Shown one piece after another: positions 36,791 through 50,748 of a stretch of 64,000 bases of DNA (position 1 is its first letter; every line of letters starts with the position of its first letter). The notes beneath the pieces were generated by a model, which saw only the letters and a list, made by a program, of their open reading frames with translations, was not told the DNA's origin and did no database searches. Made by a program: the position numbers and the translations under genes. This DNA is from Callorhinchus milii (Eukaryota): NCBI RefSeq assembly GCF_018977255.1, contig NW_024704749.1:2976001-3040000 (forward strand). The letters run 5' to 3'.

Positions 36791-39083
36791 TCGAGTGAGT
36801 GAGTTGAAATGATTCTCCTGCTCCTCGCTTTGTTCTGGTCTTTCAAAATACGAGTACTTGGGTAGAAATACAAGATGGGTCAAAAGGTACTCTATTAAAC
36901 TATTATATGAAAGTTGTCAACTGTTAATTCATATTTAACTTTGAGAACCGCTTTCTGTAGTTCAATAGACCCAGGGGTGGAATTTCTACTGACATATTAG
37001 CAAAGATCACGGAAGTTGATTTCTTTATTTCTCATGTGAACAGGAAGAGGGATAACACTCCTTGTTTGATGCTGCTGACATCTTTACAATTATGCCGATA
37101 CCAAAGAAAAAAAATGATAATACTTGAACATATATAGTTATATTATTATCGATAAAGCGATATCCCAAATATCTTTTTCTAAAAACAACACTTTATGCCG
37201 TATCGAAATGTATTCTCAGTGGGCTACAGATATTGCGACCACTAAAATCAAATGTAAAGTGTTCCTGAAAGTTGGCCAAAATAACCTGTTGAATTCTCCC
37301 CCCCCCCCCCCCCCTCACCTCAAAGAACAATAACATTTACAGTTTTCGACTCACAAATTACGCATGATTCAGAATGCATAAACATAGATGTCGGATCTGG
37401 TTGGTTCTCATAACCATTAATAAATGCAAATTTGCAGGTTAAGAGAATAGTAAACTGTATCTTGTGAATGTAGAAAGCACTCCGCTTACTGTCGGTTGTG
37501 TTGAGCGATGCAACAATCATGGGTCTTATTGGTTCCTTCAATTGTACTATTCAGTTCTAATGAATTAATTCTCCCGATTCAAACATAAATAGCGATTATT
37601 ACACTATCCACGTTTAGGGTTAATTTCATATGAGATTGATAAAGTTTACGATTATAGAAGATTATTGAAAAAATGTTGTAAGCTACTGTACTACAAATTA
37701 CCGGCTCATCCTGGAATATTGCAGATATGTTGTTGTCTAGTTATCCTCTATCATATTTTCAATTAAATAATCCAATTTTATACTTATTCAAATAATGATC
37801 TACAACGATACAGAGAATAATAACGATACAGCTTTGTAGGTACAACAAGGGGAAAACATGAAAGAATGCAAACTTGAGCTGTTGAAATAAACTGCAGTGA
37901 AAACTGCAGGTGTTAAACCGTCATCGAAATGCTGCAAAGAGGAAGTTGGTTTCTCGACAGCGGGATCGGGGCACGCTGGTACCCACAAGATGGTGGGGGG
38001 GGGGAGGGGTGGGAGCGTGTGGGAGGTGGGGTCGGGGGTGGAACATTCTCCGTTAAATCCTCCATGAGCTCCATGGGGGAGGGTACATTTTCTCGTTTCA
38101 TTTGCATCTGATTGCCTGATGGACAGCAGCTTTTAAATATGATGTTACTCCTTTTAGCAATATAAAAGTTTAGTTCTATAGACATTGGTGGGCTGCAGAG
38201 GGAGGGGGCAAAATTAGTTCAGTGAATGAGCTTCTAAACCATCGGTGGATGTTTGCCAATTTTGGCGCAGAATATTTCACACGTGTTTCGTCTGTAAGAC
38301 GGTTCATGATTTCATTTTTAACGTTGTGCAATATTTTAAATTCACATGACTTTTAATTCATTTGCAGTTAAATTTCAAAGTTGGTTGTTTTTCACGAACC
38401 TCATGAAACGGCTCTCAGATAACGACCGCAATTAACAATTTTCCCAATTTCTGCGCAATAAGTTTAAATTTTAGGACGCAATAGTTTGGGGGCTCCAATT
38501 AATTAAACGCAATTACAGTCGCTGACGCCTCTGTGCCACACTGGAGAAGATGTCAGAGGCAGGACAGCAAGATGCTGAATGTGTTATTCGTGTTCCTTTG
38601 TGTGTGTATAATTTTATGGTGGCATACTGCTTCCCGTCTTGACGGCATTCTGTAGATTTGCCATTTTATTGCATACTTAACGTTTATCTAATATTATAAC
38701 AATAATAATAAAAATAACTTATTGTTTGGGAAAAAGATGATATCAAAAAACAAAATGGAAGAAAAGAGACGATGCACAGGACAATGGAATAGACATTTTA
38801 TTAAGCTGTGGCATATGGTATTTCTGAATTTACACAATGGGTTTGATCATTGACGCGTGACACATTGCAAGATACAACCATTCAATTCCAGAAATTGTCA
38901 AATATTATTCTTTCCGGTTTTAAGGCAATATTGAAACATCTAAAGCTATTTACTTCGGTTGGGAAATTTATCGAAAGTGTTTACAAAGCGAATCTGTTAC
39001 TCATTTGGACATTCCTGGTAAAATGAACTTCAATTTCAAATACCACAAAAGTAGATATTCGATTAGCGCTCCACATTCTTGAT

Positions 39084-39404
39084 TTAGGTACAACTGGATC
39101 GGGCGATGCTTTTTTCGAGCGGAGTGGCCAGACTCTCGTGTTTGACACACAGGAATACAGGTCGTGTGACTCCCACTCGGAGGTTGGCAGAGTCAGATAA
39201 CTGCTCACACTGTACGTGTTGTCCGCCTGCTGTTTGATCGCACTCGTTTCACACCTTGACTTCTGGCACTGCCATCCACAGTCCACTCGACCTCCACAGC
39301 TCCCGGAATAAAATCATTCACCAGACACACCAGGGTCGCCTTGCTCTTTGCTGTGATTTGATCTGGTGAAGGCGGAAGGACAGTCACCGACGGGCCCTGT
39401 GGCT
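39084..39404 (-). pseudogene. IGLC: C exon of cluster B' with two 1-nt deletions (pseudogene or consensus error)
   Basis: 321 nt versus 323. Missing bases near 39251 (TT to T) and 39146 (GG to G). Acceptor, stop and AATAAA intact. Confidence 0.8.
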
Positions 39405-39626
39405 CTGGAAGGAAAGAATTAGTATTCAGATCATGTCTACTACATGATGAAGTAAAATGGTTGAAATTATTTTTCTTAGTATCTTAAGATTACAATCGTT
39501 CTGTTCAATCGCACGACACAACTTCAAGATCGTAATTAACTACAACAATACAGTAATTCACATTCGCGTAAATGTTAAAACATTTTCTTGTCTATTGACG
39601 GTACTGTTCAATTGTGACAAGGTCTA

Positions 39627-39960
39627 ACAATTATAATAATAATAATGATAATGATAATCCTTGCATTTAATATAGCGCTTTTCACGTCGGGAGGACCTCC
39701 CAAAGCGCTTCGCAGAACACACTGTAAAGTGAGTTGACTGTATATTTGTGGGCGAACGTGGCAGCCAATTGCGCACAGCAATGTCCCACAAACAGTCGTA
39801 GATTGAAAATGACCAATTTATTATTGTTTTTGGTTTTGGAGGTATTATTATTATGTGTGTGGAGTAAGGAAACTTGCCCAAGGTTTCGCCCTCTGCCTGG
39901 AATTGAACTCAGGTCTCTCGCTTGCAAAGCGAGTGCTCAACCACTGAGCTGCAGGACTCC
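39627..39960 (-). mobile_element. Deu-domain SINE in the J-C intron of cluster B'
   Basis: Absent from the paralogous intron of cluster B near 13485. Confidence 0.88.
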
Positions 39961-41431
39961 ACGGGTGACGACTGATAGACAAATGTCTGGGGGCTGCTCA
40001 TCATATACACTTCATTATTGTACATACTATCATGAGTTGGCGGATGAGTAGTTAAATGGGGACCACATGTTCAAATATTCCTGTACTGAAGAAATTAAAT
40101 CTTGCAATCGACAGAAATAACACCAGACACTAATATATCCCGTCACAGGGAGTATATGACGGGAACACCTGATTGAAAGCGCAGTAACACATTGTTGTTA
40201 TTTCAATCCATTGTTTCCTTTCACAGAAGAGAGAACGTGTAGCAAATGGATATAAATATCTGGCTGTGTTTTCAATTGAACACCCAATTGCGACTAATTC
40301 AATGTAAATATAAATATGCATTATTCGGCTTTAAATCCAATTATGCGCAATCTGACCTTCCTTGACAACGGAACTGTCTAATCTAATCTAATCTTTGAGT
40401 GATGTTTAGGATTTGAAAAATCGCCATTCACTAATGTAGGTCGGTTGTTACTGATACATCAAAATGTTATTAGTTATCAATACAATCAGAATATTAGTAA
40501 TTCTCAAGATCAAATTGAATCTTTTTGCAGCGACTATAACATATGGATAAAAATAACAGCCAAATGCTTTCACCCCAACTAACCAGTTCCACCAATGATT
40601 TTTTTTACAGGCACCGGCAGCAGATAGTAAGAAGGTGAAAATTTCTTTTCACCAAACACTGTACACAGAAAATCATTTTAGGAGCACAATCAGATTCCAA
40701 TATTTCAATCACTGAGGAGAGTAACTTCACAAGTTTTCAATAATTAATTGCTACCGTATTAACTGAATTTAGTTCCTAATTAATGGTGGTCTGGAGTTAC
40801 GGTTAATACATAGGTCGAGATCCCTTTAACATCACAACTAATAGGAAACAATGAGGTTAATTTCCAAAGGAGAAAATATATTTTGTGTGTTGAGCGGATT
40901 CAGCGTCTCTCGGACTGTGTCTTCTCTCAGCGATGATCATATCTGAACAATTACAACAACTTATGATGGAACATGTGACATTACTGAATCTTTGCTGTTC
41001 GTTGTAATTGTGCTCCCCTTAGTGACATGAAACACGGAATTGGAAGAAAATAAAACATTTTAATAAACCAGAAAATCTGCGGAAAATGTTCAAATAGAAG
41101 CGATTGTTAACGGGAGGAATAATATTTCCACGTCTGAGACTTTCTACATTTGCTGGTTTTCTGCACTATCCGTCCTAATTCTTCACAGATTCTCATTTAA
41201 ACTCAGGATTCGCGTGTTTGATTCTTCAAAATATCCGATTCCCAAATAAAACGTTTATCATTGCGATGATTACGGCCACATGCAAATATTACCAGAACCG
41301 AGTGAAACAGAATCCAACACAGATAAACATACAGTTATACCTTGGAAAATTTGAAGGAGAACCAGATCAAAATAATTATGGAAAAGTAGAAACAACCACA
41401 TGGAAAGTGTACAATGTCAAATGTAACTTAC

Positions 41432-41760
41432 TTTTCAAACTCAGCTTCGTCCCTTTACCGAAAGTAAGATCTGCTTTACAGTAATAATCGGCGGCTTCCT
41501 CCGGTTGCACACCCCTGATGGTTAAATACATGGCGTTGCTCGATGATCCACAGAACCAGTGAATCGATCAGGAATTTCCGGACCTCTGGTGGAGTCCTCA
41601 TACCAAACAAACAGAGGGGCGCCGTCAGGCTTCTGCTGGTACCAACTCGTGTAATAGCTGCCGATGCTGCCTCCGGACATGGTACAGGTGATCTTGACGG
41701 TGTTTCCCGGGGAGGATGAGATGGATGGTGGTTGAGTCAGGGTAAAAGCTCCGGCTGTGC
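41432..41760 (-). pseudogene. IGLV: Germline-joined VJ exon of cluster B', short CDR3, one 1-nt deletion in FR3
   Basis: 329 nt = 351 - 21 - 1. With the base near 41546 restored it reads [19 protein letters not shown]...[76 protein letters not shown]. Splice sites intact. Confidence 0.85.
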
Positions 41761-41850
41761 CTGGAGAGATAAAAATTGATAAATAGGTCAAATTGTTGAA
41801 CTGTACAAAGTGAGTTCAATTCAAATCAATGCGGATTCCGCAGCGCTTAC

Positions 41851-41899
41851 CATGGAGACACAGGAGCAAAGCGGCCAGAACTCGGAGCCAATTGCCCAT
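41851..41899 (-). CDS. IGLV: Leader exon, cluster B'
   Basis: MGNWLRVLAALLLCLH+G, donor GTAAGC. Confidence 0.9.
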
Positions 41900-41974
41900 C
41901 GTGAACAATTTGATGAAGATCAGAGAGATGAGGGATGTTCCTGACAAAATCCGCTTTTCTGCTTCTTTCTAAAC

Positions 41975-42035
41975 TTCTCCTTAAGAACCATCAGGTGATG
42001 TAAGTCCAATTAAATTCTTAAATTATGCAAATCAC
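41975..42035 (-). promoter_or_regulatory. Octamer promoter, cluster B' (octamer 42025-42032)
   Basis: Same conserved block as the other clusters. Confidence 0.85.
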
Positions 42036-42643
42036 ATCCAGGTTGCATCGTCCAATTAGGAGTCTTTTCCGAACAGTATATTGAAGATCATGCAGATTTG
42101 ATTCATTTTGCTGCCCATTTTCGAAAACATATTTCACGGTAATGTTGCATAACATTTCAGGCTGAAGACTTTGATTGAATGAAGCTCATTTACAGTTCTA
42201 GTAGGAAATAAAGATTTTTTAAACAGCACAAACTTCAAATTGTTTTGCAGAATCATGGAAAAGTCTTCTTCCATTATTCGGATATTTCATGGCTTTGTAC
42301 CAGATCAATCCTGCAAGATCTCTTCCTCTGATTCACAGAGAATTACATTTTTGCGGAGCTTGTTCCATGTTGGATAATTTGTAGTTGCGAGCGGTTCATC
42401 GATTCATTCCGTTGCAGATTACAGACTGACATGCCACACTTGGCCTGATGCAGACCTGCACAGAAAGGCACAGTTTACAGCTGTTGCCAGCCTTCCTCAA
42501 ACTATATATACGGATTATAGATTTTTGAAAATATAAATTCTCCAAGTCTCCCTTTGGCAGAATATCAGTTTCATTCACGGATCTAGAAAGCTTCTATCAC
42601 GAAACGTTATCAACGCTGAAGGGAGCCATAGCTCTGTTGATCA

Positions 42644-42944
42644 ATAATAATAATAATCCTTGCATTTGATAATCCTTGTATTTCACGTCTTCTATATATC
42701 TCAAAGCACATCGCAGAATATACTATCAAGTGAAATGACTGTATATTTGTGGGCCAAGTGCGGCAGCCAATGCTGCACAGCAATGTCCAATAAACAGTCG
42801 TGGATTGATGTGACCAATTTAATATTGTTTTTATCTTGATGGATTATTACCAGGCGTGTGGAGTAAGGATACTTGCCCAAGGTTTCGCGATGCCAGAAAT
42901 TGAACCCATGTCTCTCGCAAGCAAGGAGAGAGCTACAGGACTCC
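42644..42944 (-). mobile_element. Deu-domain SINE
   Basis: Family match; shared with the cluster B flank. Confidence 0.8.
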
Positions 42945-43299
42945 AGCCAGGAGGATAGCTGCGCATTTAGAGGTCGGTGTTTATGATATAAAATTGTCAT
43001 AAGTGTTGTTTCTATTCGTAACATGGAATGGCACATAATGACATTATATGACACACACAGTGCCCAGGCCTTGGCTGCAGCCCACCTGTACCAAATACTT
43101 CCCAGAATCAGGTAATTGATGTGACAAAGAGAGAGGGGCCATGGAATTCCATCCCAGTCACTGGGAAATTGCCGCTCTAATGTGACACAAGTGCATCGCC
43201 AATAGAATGTTACAGCGACTGTCGTATGTTATCCCCCCATCCTACTCACACACACACACAGACAGACATATCCGGATCTATTTGGCCTTTTTGTTACTT

Positions 43300-43622
43300 A
43301 ATAATGACAATCCTTGCATTTGTTATTGTACTTTTCACGTCTTCGAAACGTCTCAAAGCACTTCACAGAATAGACTATAAAGTGAATTGACTCTATATGT
43401 GAGGGTGAAATGCGACGGGCATTTCAGCAGTATCCCACACAGCAGGATCCCATAAACAGTCTTGGTATGCAGTGAATAATTTATTATTGTTTTATTTTCT
43501 CGAGCAATTATTATCAGGCGTGTGGGCTAAGGAAACGTGCCCAAAGTTTCACCCTGCTGGGAATCAAACCCAGGTCTCTCACTTGCAAAGTGAGTACTCT
43601 AACCACTGACCTATAGGGCTCC
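43300..43622 (-). mobile_element. Deu-domain SINE (older)
   Basis: Family match; its 5' part is duplicated at 31657-31790. Confidence 0.8.
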
Positions 43623-46600
43623 ACTTATTTCTTTTTCCACGGAGGGGATTTTTCTAGAGACACTTGTGGAAGGAAAAAGATAGGTTTGAGTAGACATTAT
43701 GAACGCGTGACTTGAGCATATTTTGAATTAGACAATGATAAACGAATAGCAATTTCTCACGTCAAATATTAAGTGAATTTATTATTGTAAATCTATATTT
43801 CCTTCCAGGGAACAGAGATCCAATGGCATCAAAACACAAGCACTCAATTCCCATCTCCTGGACCTGTTGCCCGCGGCTCTAATGTGATGCACTATGGAAC
43901 GAGAATTGAAAAGGAGATTTGTGTTGCTCAACCCGCTGATGGAAGAAAAGTGCTGATTCCACCAGTGTTCCCACTCGCTTGTATTGAATTCTGAGTATGC
44001 ATTGCTCCAATACATTTTTGTTACACGTAAATGTTAAATGGCTTTTACATGCGTAGAAATTCACAACAGCCTTCATTTAAAAAAAAATAATCCTGCAGTA
44101 CATGTATTCTGTTAGAAATTAAATACATGGATAATAATACTTTTGAGAAAACCTTTTCATAACAGGAGAACATTCACGATGCTTCATTGAATATACTAGG
44201 TATAGGTTGCAGGCAAATGTGGCAGTCAATTTGAGCATAGTAATATCTCCCAAACAGCCTTGAAGTGAATGGTAATTATATATTAGGGAATTGTTGGACA
44301 GGACACCAGATGTTTTCTTCTTCATTTGCATTGTGACATGTGATCCTGAACGTTCACATGAATAAGAAAATGTGATTTTGTTCAGTCTCATCCAAAAAAT
44401 GGCACCTCCAACAATGCAGGGCGTCCACATCATGATATTGCAGCAGGTAATTTACTCAAAGCTTCAATTTTGTTATCGTTTTTAAATTACTTACATTAAA
44501 ATGCTTTTACATTATACTTTTTTATCCTTTTAATATATCTTCTATCTCTTTAATATCTCTGTCTCCACCCTCAACTCCAGGACAGCTTGTGTCCTCACCG
44601 ACTGCATATCCGTCATCAAGTCTTGGTCAAGGGAGAACCTTTCTGCAACTCAACTTCAGCAAGACTGCACCTCGGGCGTTGGCAGCATCAGCATTCATGG
44701 CTGCACATTCATCCTCACAAAGCCAGTCTGGAACCTGGGTGTCTTCTTTGACAAGCCACAGATCATTCAAATCTTTGGAGCTCGTGTACTCTCGTGCACC
44801 AGGCTCTGTGACCCCATCACTCCCACCCTCACCTGATTCCACTGGCTCCCCATCCCTCAGAGGATCGAATTCAAGATCGTCGCCCTCACTTTCAAGGCCA
44901 TCCATGGCCTTATCCCCTCCTACGTAGCTGACCTGGTGATGCTCCCCAACCTGCCTGCTCCCTCCATTCAGCAGCCTCCGGGCTGCTCCTGATCTCCCAG
45001 CCGGCCCACCCTACCATCAGTGGCCGGGCTTTCAGCCTCTCTGCCTCCACAGTTTGGAACTCCATCTCACGGTCCCTGAGCCTCGCTTCCTCCCTTGCCT
45101 CCTTCAAGGTTGGTCTCAACACCCTTCTCTTCGATTGTGCCTTTAGTTGCCCTCACACCTCTTTGAATTCCCTCAATCTCCCCCATGCTCGGGTCCAACT
45201 CCTGTCTCTTCAGCATTTTGGGACGTTCTCCAGTCGTGAATGTAATTTTATTGTTGCTGCTGAAGGAAGAAAAGTACTCAAGTGTAGTTTTCCATTAGCG
45301 TTCCCAGTCGCTTGTATTGAATGTTGTGTATGTGCCGATCCAATGCACGTTTGTGATTGGTAAATATCAAATGGCTCGAAAATGCAGAGAATCATAGAGC
45401 AGACTTCATTTTAAAAAGGACTCCTACACTGTATGTATTGTGCTAGAAATGAAATACATAGATAATAATACTTATCAAGGCATCCCCATCATTGCACTGC
45501 AGCAGTTAATTTACTCAGGTCTTCAGTTTTGTTAGTATTATTTTGGGAACAGTTCAAGTTTCCACTTATTCATAGGATATAGAAACATGTCATTGTAGGT
45601 AAGAAGCATGCCATTCAACTCATCCTATATATACCCTCATTTTGAAGGGCGGTTTATTTACAAATAATCATGCATTCCAGCTTTTCCTCTGTATTCCTCC
45701 ATGTTTTTATTTTTCAGTGATCAAGTCCTGGATGAGAGCTGACTTACTCTAGTCAAAAGTTGAAAGAGTGGGGACCCTCTTGCTTGACTTCAGTCAGCAT
45801 ATTCTCACCTCAGGCTCTTACAACGTCGCTATTGGCATATGGACTTTTCATCTCACATCTCATGTTTGACCCTCATCCCACCTTTATCCCCATATTGGTG
45901 CTACGAATCATTCTGCTTTTCCACACATTGGCTGCATTGTCCAACTCTGCCACTGCCTCTCCCCTCATTCTGCCAAAACCCTAATTCATGCATTGATCAC
46001 GTCCAGGCGGGTGGAATTATGTTAACCCTCTGCTAACTGGATTTTCCAACTCTTCCCTCCATAGGTTAAAGATTATTCAGAACTCTGCAACTATCCCTCA
46101 CCAAGCTCCATGAGGCAATCACCCCCAACCCAAAGAGGAACACGCTGAGGATCCTCAACATTATTTTAAACGCCCTCAACTTTATTGGTCCTTAACACCT
46201 TACCAACAATCCTGCTCTGTTCGCTTAATACTGGTCTGCATTACTTCAACCGACCCACCATCAGCAGGCAGGAATTCAGCCTTTTTTTGCCACCTTCTGG
46301 AACTCCATTCAGAAATCTCTCCACCTTACCCTGCCTTCCTTCCTACAAAGCTCATCTCAAGTCCTATTTCATTGACAATGCCTCGGTCATCATTCCACCC
46401 CATCAACTTTGAGCCCAATCCCTAGCAAACCCTTGAGTGTGCAACATTTTGTGATGTATATCCAACATGAAAAACACTATATAAACGCAATTTGTTGTTG
46501 CAGTTGTGTGTCAAGATCAATGGCTTGTAAGAAGCATGCCATTCAGTCCATCCTATATGTACCCTCATTTTGAAGGGCAGATGATTTACAAATATTCATG

Positions 46601-49600
46601 CATTCCAGCTTTTCCTCTGTATTCCTCAATGTTTTTATTTTTCAGTGATCAAGTCTTGGTTGAGGGATAACTATCTCCAGTTAAAAGTTGAAAGGGTGCA
46701 GACCCTCTTGCTTGGCTCCAGTCAGCACATCCTCACCTCAGACCCTGATAACGTCACTATTGACAAATGCACTCTTCACCTCACAGAGCCAATACCGATT
46801 CTTGCTGTCATGTTCGACCTTCATCCATCCTTTATCTCCATATCGATGGTACGAACCGCTCGGTGTTTCAGCACCTTCACGACATTGTCCAATTCTGCCA
46901 CTGACTCTCCCCTCATGCCGTCAAAACCCTCACTCATGCATTCATCACGTCCTGGCTCGTCTAGGTAACCCCCATCTCTTCCCAACTCTTTCCTCCATAG
47001 GCAAAAGATAATTCAGCACTTTGCAACTATCCTGCAACCAATCTCCATGAAATGATCAACCACAACTCCACAGAGCTTTACTGGCTCTCTGAACCCAGGA
47101 GGAACAAGTTCAAGATCCTCATCCTTACAATGAACGCCCACTACTTTATACTTAGCAGCTTAGCGGGCACTGGTCTGCACCATGTCGACCACCCAACCAA
47201 AAGCAGAAAGCCATGTTATTCTCGGTAATGGAGAGTACGCAACCCAGTAAAATTAAACGGATTAAAATGTATAGTATCTTCCCTTTGGTGGCACCAAACA
47301 GGATAATCTATAATGAATAAGTGATGCAATATACTATCAAATTGGATGTCTGTCATGATTTTTATCTGCTAATCTGGGACTGACACTGCAGTCCATTACC
47401 GAAGGTAGTGGTGCCTTTTTGCCCCTAAACTCTAGAACTCCATTCTGGAATCTATTCCCCTATCCCTGTCCTCCGTCGGTGAATGCTAACCTCAACTCCT
47501 TTCTCTTTGATTGTACCTTGGTCATCCTTCCATTTCATCCCCGTTGATTTAAATCGCAGCTCCGGTGCAAAGATTGATGGGCCATCTCTACGTCATCCCA
47601 ACATGAAACACATTACATAAATGAATTTTTTATTGCAGTTTTCAGTCATTATCAGTGACTTTTATTGCGGTGGAGCGCCTGCCATTACGATTAACCTAAT
47701 TTTGACAGTCTCAAACATACTGTTTTGGAGGTATCTCATCACAAAGGAATCCCCACTAACCTCATTTCTCCCACACCCCTCCGCCTGCTGGAAGGGTTGA
47801 CACGAGTTGGAGATTCAGTGTCCAACAAGCACAGTTTTCAACATTCATTGGGTAAACAGCTAATACCAGGAAGTCCATCTGAACCTGTGTATTACCATGT
47901 GAAACGCTTGAGAGCATCACTATCATCCTCCTGACCAAAGTGTTTCCAAACTTAACACTAACAACGGAGAATACACAACCTGGTATAATTAAACTTCTGA
48001 TGTGCATATGTCCTCAGGTGGCACCAAACAGGATATTCTACAGTAAATAATTCATACAATCTAATACTAAATTGAACATCTGTCATGATTTCTATCGAAT
48101 AAACCAGGGCTGTCATCAATGAGGTTAGTGGTGCATTATCAGAAGTTGCATTTTATGAATCATGAATAATAAATAACAATAATCCTTGCATTCAATATAG
48201 CGCTTTTCACGGCTTCTCGACATCCCAAAGCGCTTCACAGAATTTACTGTAAAGTGAATTGACTGTATTTGTGGGCGAATGCGGCAGTCAATTGTGCACA
48301 GCAGAGTCCCACAAACAGTCATGGATTGGAAAATGACCCAATTTATATATTTTTTTTTTTGTTTTTGGAGGGATTATTATTAGGCGTGTCGAGTAAGGAA
48401 ACTTGCCCAAGGTTTCGCCCTGTCTGGAATTGAAATCAGGTCTCTCACTTGCCCTCCACGCAGAGAAGCGTCTCAGGGCGCTTGATTTCTACTGCTACAA
48501 ATTGCTGCTTCTAATATCTACTGTGTTTGGATGCAAAAACAGTCACTACACGTAGGAACCAAGTGAGTTGCTTTCATAAGAGCAGAAAAATGAAACTGTC
48601 ACTCATTCACAATTGTTGTCTCTGGGAGAGTGAGGAAACTGTTTTATTTATTGTGAGACAGTGCCCTCTACGGATCGAGTGAGTGAGTTGAAATGATTCT
48701 CCTGCTCCTCGCTTTGTTCTGGTCTTTCATAAAATACGAGTACTTGGGTAGAAATACAAGATGGGTCAAAAGGTACTCTATTAAACTATTATATGAAAGT
48801 TGTCAACCTGTTAATTCATATTTAACTTTGAGAACCGCTTTCTGTAGTTCAATAGACCCAGGGGTGGAATTTCTACTGACATATTAGCAAAGATCACGGA
48901 AGTTGATTTCTTTATTTCTCATGTGAACAGGAAGAGGGATAACACTCCTTGTTTGATGCTTGCTGAAGCCTTTACAAATATAGCCGATACCAAAGAAAAA
49001 AATGATAATACTTGAACATATATAGTTATATTATTATCGTTAAAGCGATATCCCAAATATCTTTTTCTAAACAACACTTTATGCCGTATCGAAATGTATT
49101 CTCAGTGGGCTACAGATTTGCGACCACTAAAATCAAATGTAAAGTGTTCCTGAAAGTTGGCCAAAATAACCTGTTGAATTCTCCCCCCCCCCCCCCCCCT
49201 CACCTCAAAGAACAAATAACATTTACAGTTTCGACTCACAAATTAACGCATGATTAAGAATGCATAAACATAGATGTCGGATCTGGTTGGTTCTCATAAC
49301 CATTAATAAATGCAAATTTGCAGGTTAAGAGAATAGTAAACTGTATCTTGTGAATGTAGAAAGCACTCCGCTTACTGTCGGTTGTGTTGAGCGATGCAAC
49401 AATCATGGGTCTTATTGGTTCCTTCAATTGTACTATTCAGTTCTAATGAATTAATTCTCCCGATTCAAACATAAATAGCGATTATTACACTATCCACGTT
49501 TAGGGTTAATTTCATATGAGATTGATAAGTTTACGATTATAGAAGATTATTGAAAAAATGTTGTAAGCTACTGTACTACAAATTACCGGCTCATCCTGGA

Positions 49601-49924
49601 ATATTGCAGATATGTTGTTGTCTAGTTATCCTCTTATCATATTTTCAATTAAATAATCCAATGTTTTATACTTATTCAAATAATGATCTACAACGATACA
49701 GAGAATAATAACGATACAGCTTTGTAGGTACAACAAGGGGAAAACATGAAAGAATGCAAACTTGAGCTGTTGAAATAACTGCAGTGAAAACTGCAGGTGT
49801 TAAACCGTCATCGAAAGCTGCAAAGAGGAAGTTGGTTTTCGACAGCGGGATCGGGGCACGCTGGTACCCACAAGATGGTGGGGGGGGAGGGGGGAGCGTG
49901 TGGGAGGTGGGTCGGGGGTGGAAC
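43489..49924 (+). repeat. 6.4-kb direct duplication, copy 2
   Basis: Matches 31657-38044 and ends at a gap. Confidence 0.95.
48659..48674 (-). promoter_or_regulatory. CTCF-like motif, third copy
   Basis: Identical 16-mer in the duplicated segment. Confidence 0.5.
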
Positions 49925-49949
49925 NNNNNNNNNNNNNNNNNNNNNNNNN
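49925..49949. other. Assembly gap (25 N)
   Basis: Run of N directly after a G-rich tract. Confidence 1.
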
Positions 49950-50425
49950 AAATTGCGCAGATTTGCTGAAATGCTTCCATTTCAACCTGAATTCGGAAGG
50001 TTTTTTTTAAGAACTACAAAAGAGCGATTTACAAATTAATACCCAATTCAAGTCCCCCCCCTCCTCCCTCCGAGTCCAGACAATATTACAGTTTAAGATC
50101 AAACCATCTTACAGGCTGAGACGAGGTGGGATTTTGAACCTTCGAAGCCCCGGAGAGCACAACACAGAATGACTCCGACTGTTGGGGAATGTTCTGCTCC
50201 TGTGCCATTGTTGCTATGATTGACAACTACTGTAATATTTCCTCCAGTAAGACAACAATGTCCAGAAAGTTTCCAGCAAACCGTACAAACTGTGTATGGA
50301 TTGTTATCTCTTTGCGAAATTTATAGCAAAATGAACATAATCGACAACATATGACAAAACAAAATTATTATTATTAAAGGTAGATTGACAATCAGTACAT
50401 TCGATTATCGGTGCACATTCCTGGT

Positions 50426-50748
50426 TTAGGTACAACTGGATCTGGCGATGCTTTTCTCGAGCGGAGTGGCCAGAGTCTGGTGTTTGACCACACAGGAATA
50501 CAGGTCGTGTGACTCCCACTCGGAGGTTGGCAGAGTCAGATAACTGCTCACACTGTACGTGTTGTCCGCCTGCTGTTTGATCGCACTCGTTTCAACACCT
50601 TGACTTCTGGCACTGCCATCCACAGTCCACTCGACCTCCACAGCTCCCGGGATAAAATCATTCACCAGACACACCAGGGTCGCCTTGCTCTTTGCTGTGA
50701 TTTGATCTGGTGAAGGCGGAAGGACAGTCACCGAAGGGCCCTGTGGCT
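50426..50748 (-). CDS. IGLC: Ig lambda-like C exon, cluster A' (intact)
   Basis: 323 nt, open, ends ARSSCT*; acceptor ttccttccAG. Confidence 0.96.

Larger units (their letters stand above)
31657..38044 (+). repeat. 6.4-kb direct duplication, copy 1
   Basis: Near-identical to about 43489-49924 (offset about 11.85 kb); differences are mostly 1-nt indels plus scattered substitutions. Confidence 0.95.

Noticed and set aside
37990-38041. G-rich, G-quadruplex-prone tract (copy at 49877-49922)
   Set aside because: Low complexity and poorly conserved in the B paralogue near 11500; probably relevant only as a cause of the assembly break.
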